Part shown: one piece after another, positions 26,418-27,090 of the stretch
Layout: each line of letters opens with the position of its first letter
How positions within the stretch are numbered: position 1 is the first letter of the stretch
DNA from: Candidatus Izemoplasmatales bacterium
Lineage (GTDB): Bacteria; Bacillota_I; Bacilli_A; Izemoplasmatales; Hujiaoplasmataceae
Direction of reading: 5' to 3'
Assembly: GCA_028691335.1 (NCBI GenBank)
Contig: JAQUZK010000001.1
Span: 1-27,090, forward strand
Length of the DNA: 27,090 nt
Position numbers and translations under genes: made by a program
The notes under the pieces: model-generated
The model's input: the letters and a program-made list of their open reading frames with translations, nothing else
Databases searched by the model: none
What the model was told of the DNA's origin: nothing

Positions 26418-26446
26418 ATTGTATTCTATCCATAACCTTTTGTCAA
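26418..26446 (-). promoter_or_regulatory. Promoter of T-box-trpB
   Basis: TTGACA (26441-26446), 17-bp spacer, TACAAT (26418-26423). Confidence 0.8.
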
Positions 26447-26524
26447 CAAACTTTTTTAAATCTTTTATCTATCATGTTCAATTTCATCGATTTAATGGTA
26501 TAATATACTAAAGTGAGGTGGAAT

Positions 26525-26815
26525 ATGTATAAATCAAAATTCGCTAATGAAGATGTAGACCATTTGTATGAGGCTATTTTAAAACTAGAAAACTTAGAGG
26601 AGTGTTATCGTTTCTTTGAAGATCTTTGTACTATCAAAGAAATCCAAGATATGACTCAAAGATTAAAAGTCGCAGAGATGCTGCAGGTTAAAAAACCTTA
26701 TCAGGAAATAGTAAATAAAACAAAGGCATCTACCGCTACTATCGCAAGAGTAAATAAGTATTTAGTATATGGGGCTGAAGGGTACCATTTGATGTTTGAG
26801 AAATTTAAAAAATAA
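26525..26815 (+). CDS. YerC/YecD family TrpR-like DNA-binding protein
   Basis: LYEAIL.L...EECYRFFEDLCT..E...M.QRL.VA.ML...Y..I...T.ASTATI.RV...L.YG; GAGGTG RBS before ATG 26525; TGgTATAAT at 26496-26504. Confidence 0.9.
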   Translation: MYKSKFANEDVDHLYEAILKLENLEECYRFFEDLCTIKEIQDMTQRLKVAEMLQVKKPYQEIVNKTKASTATIARVNKYLVYGAEGYHLMFEKFKK

Positions 26816-26837
26816 TTTAATTAAATCTTTTAAAAAT

Positions 26838-27090
26838 GGGACTGTAAAGAAATGAAGAATTAAATCTCTTCATGGACTACACAGTCCTTTTTTCTTTATA
26901 AATGTGTATAACTCTCTAAAAATATCCGTTTTTGAGCATACTAAAAAGAGATTAGGTAAAACTTTTAGTTTTTCTAGTGGATAATTATTCTATGATTCTA
27001 TATCTTTTCTTATGATATTTCGCTAAATTATAACCGATTGCGATTAACGTAAGCTCAAACTTAACATTTTGAATACCACGACGCTTAAAT
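26838..27090 (-). mobile_element. Right end of a probable IS1182-family insertion sequence (continues off the window)
   Basis: Transposase-like C-terminus plus a hairpin GGACTGT (26839-26845)...ACAGTCC (26881-26887). The terminus at GGGACTGT is inferred; the other end is not visible. Confidence 0.6.
26985..27090 (-). CDS. C-terminal 34 aa of a probable IS1182-family DDE transposase (5' part outside the window)
   Basis: Not in the ORF track. FKRRGIQNVKFELTLIAIGYNLAKYHKKRYRIIE* matches the F..RG...V..E..L.a..yNl.K tail typical of these transposases. Confidence 0.72.
   Translation of the reverse strand, partial: FKRRGIQNVKFELTLIAIGYNLAKYHKKRYRIIE

Noticed and set aside
1-27090. CRISPR arrays, tRNA, rRNA, integrase/att sites, toxin-antitoxin pairs
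   Set aside because: None were seen. Intergenic gaps are short and are largely explained by promoters, terminators and the two T-boxes.

Overview
AT-rich bacterial chromosomal window read with genetic code 11 (full-length genes, the Trp codons I checked are TGG, and trpB ends in TGA). Surface lipoproteins with InlB B-repeat, RCC1-like and BspA repeats suggest an Acholeplasmatales/Izemoplasmatales-like host (inference). About 21 genes are present: a truncated InlB/RCC1-like lipoprotein missed by the ORF track, a COG3910-type ATPase, a membrane protein, an ANT(6)-family nucleotidyltransferase, a TSUP exporter, an FAD oxidoreductase, sua5, a multidomain surface endonuclease, an RND pump with tetR, Met T-box-metNIQ, an AI-2E transporter, a BspA lipoprotein, a small ORF, a membrane-anchored HIRAN protein, a membrane pyrophosphatase, a GNAT, Trp T-box-trpB, a divergent yerC-like gene, and the 3' end of a probable IS1182-family transposase at the right edge. 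Most content is housekeeping or ordinary accessory, and no CRISPR, rRNA or tRNA was seen. The strongest lead is the membrane PPase: its hydrolytic motifs are intact, but three normally conserved ion-gate residues appear replaced. Other leads are a lone TrpB1 under a Trp T-box, a membrane-tethered tandem HIRAN protein and two clean operator palindromes. Family assignments come from motif recognition, not database searches.
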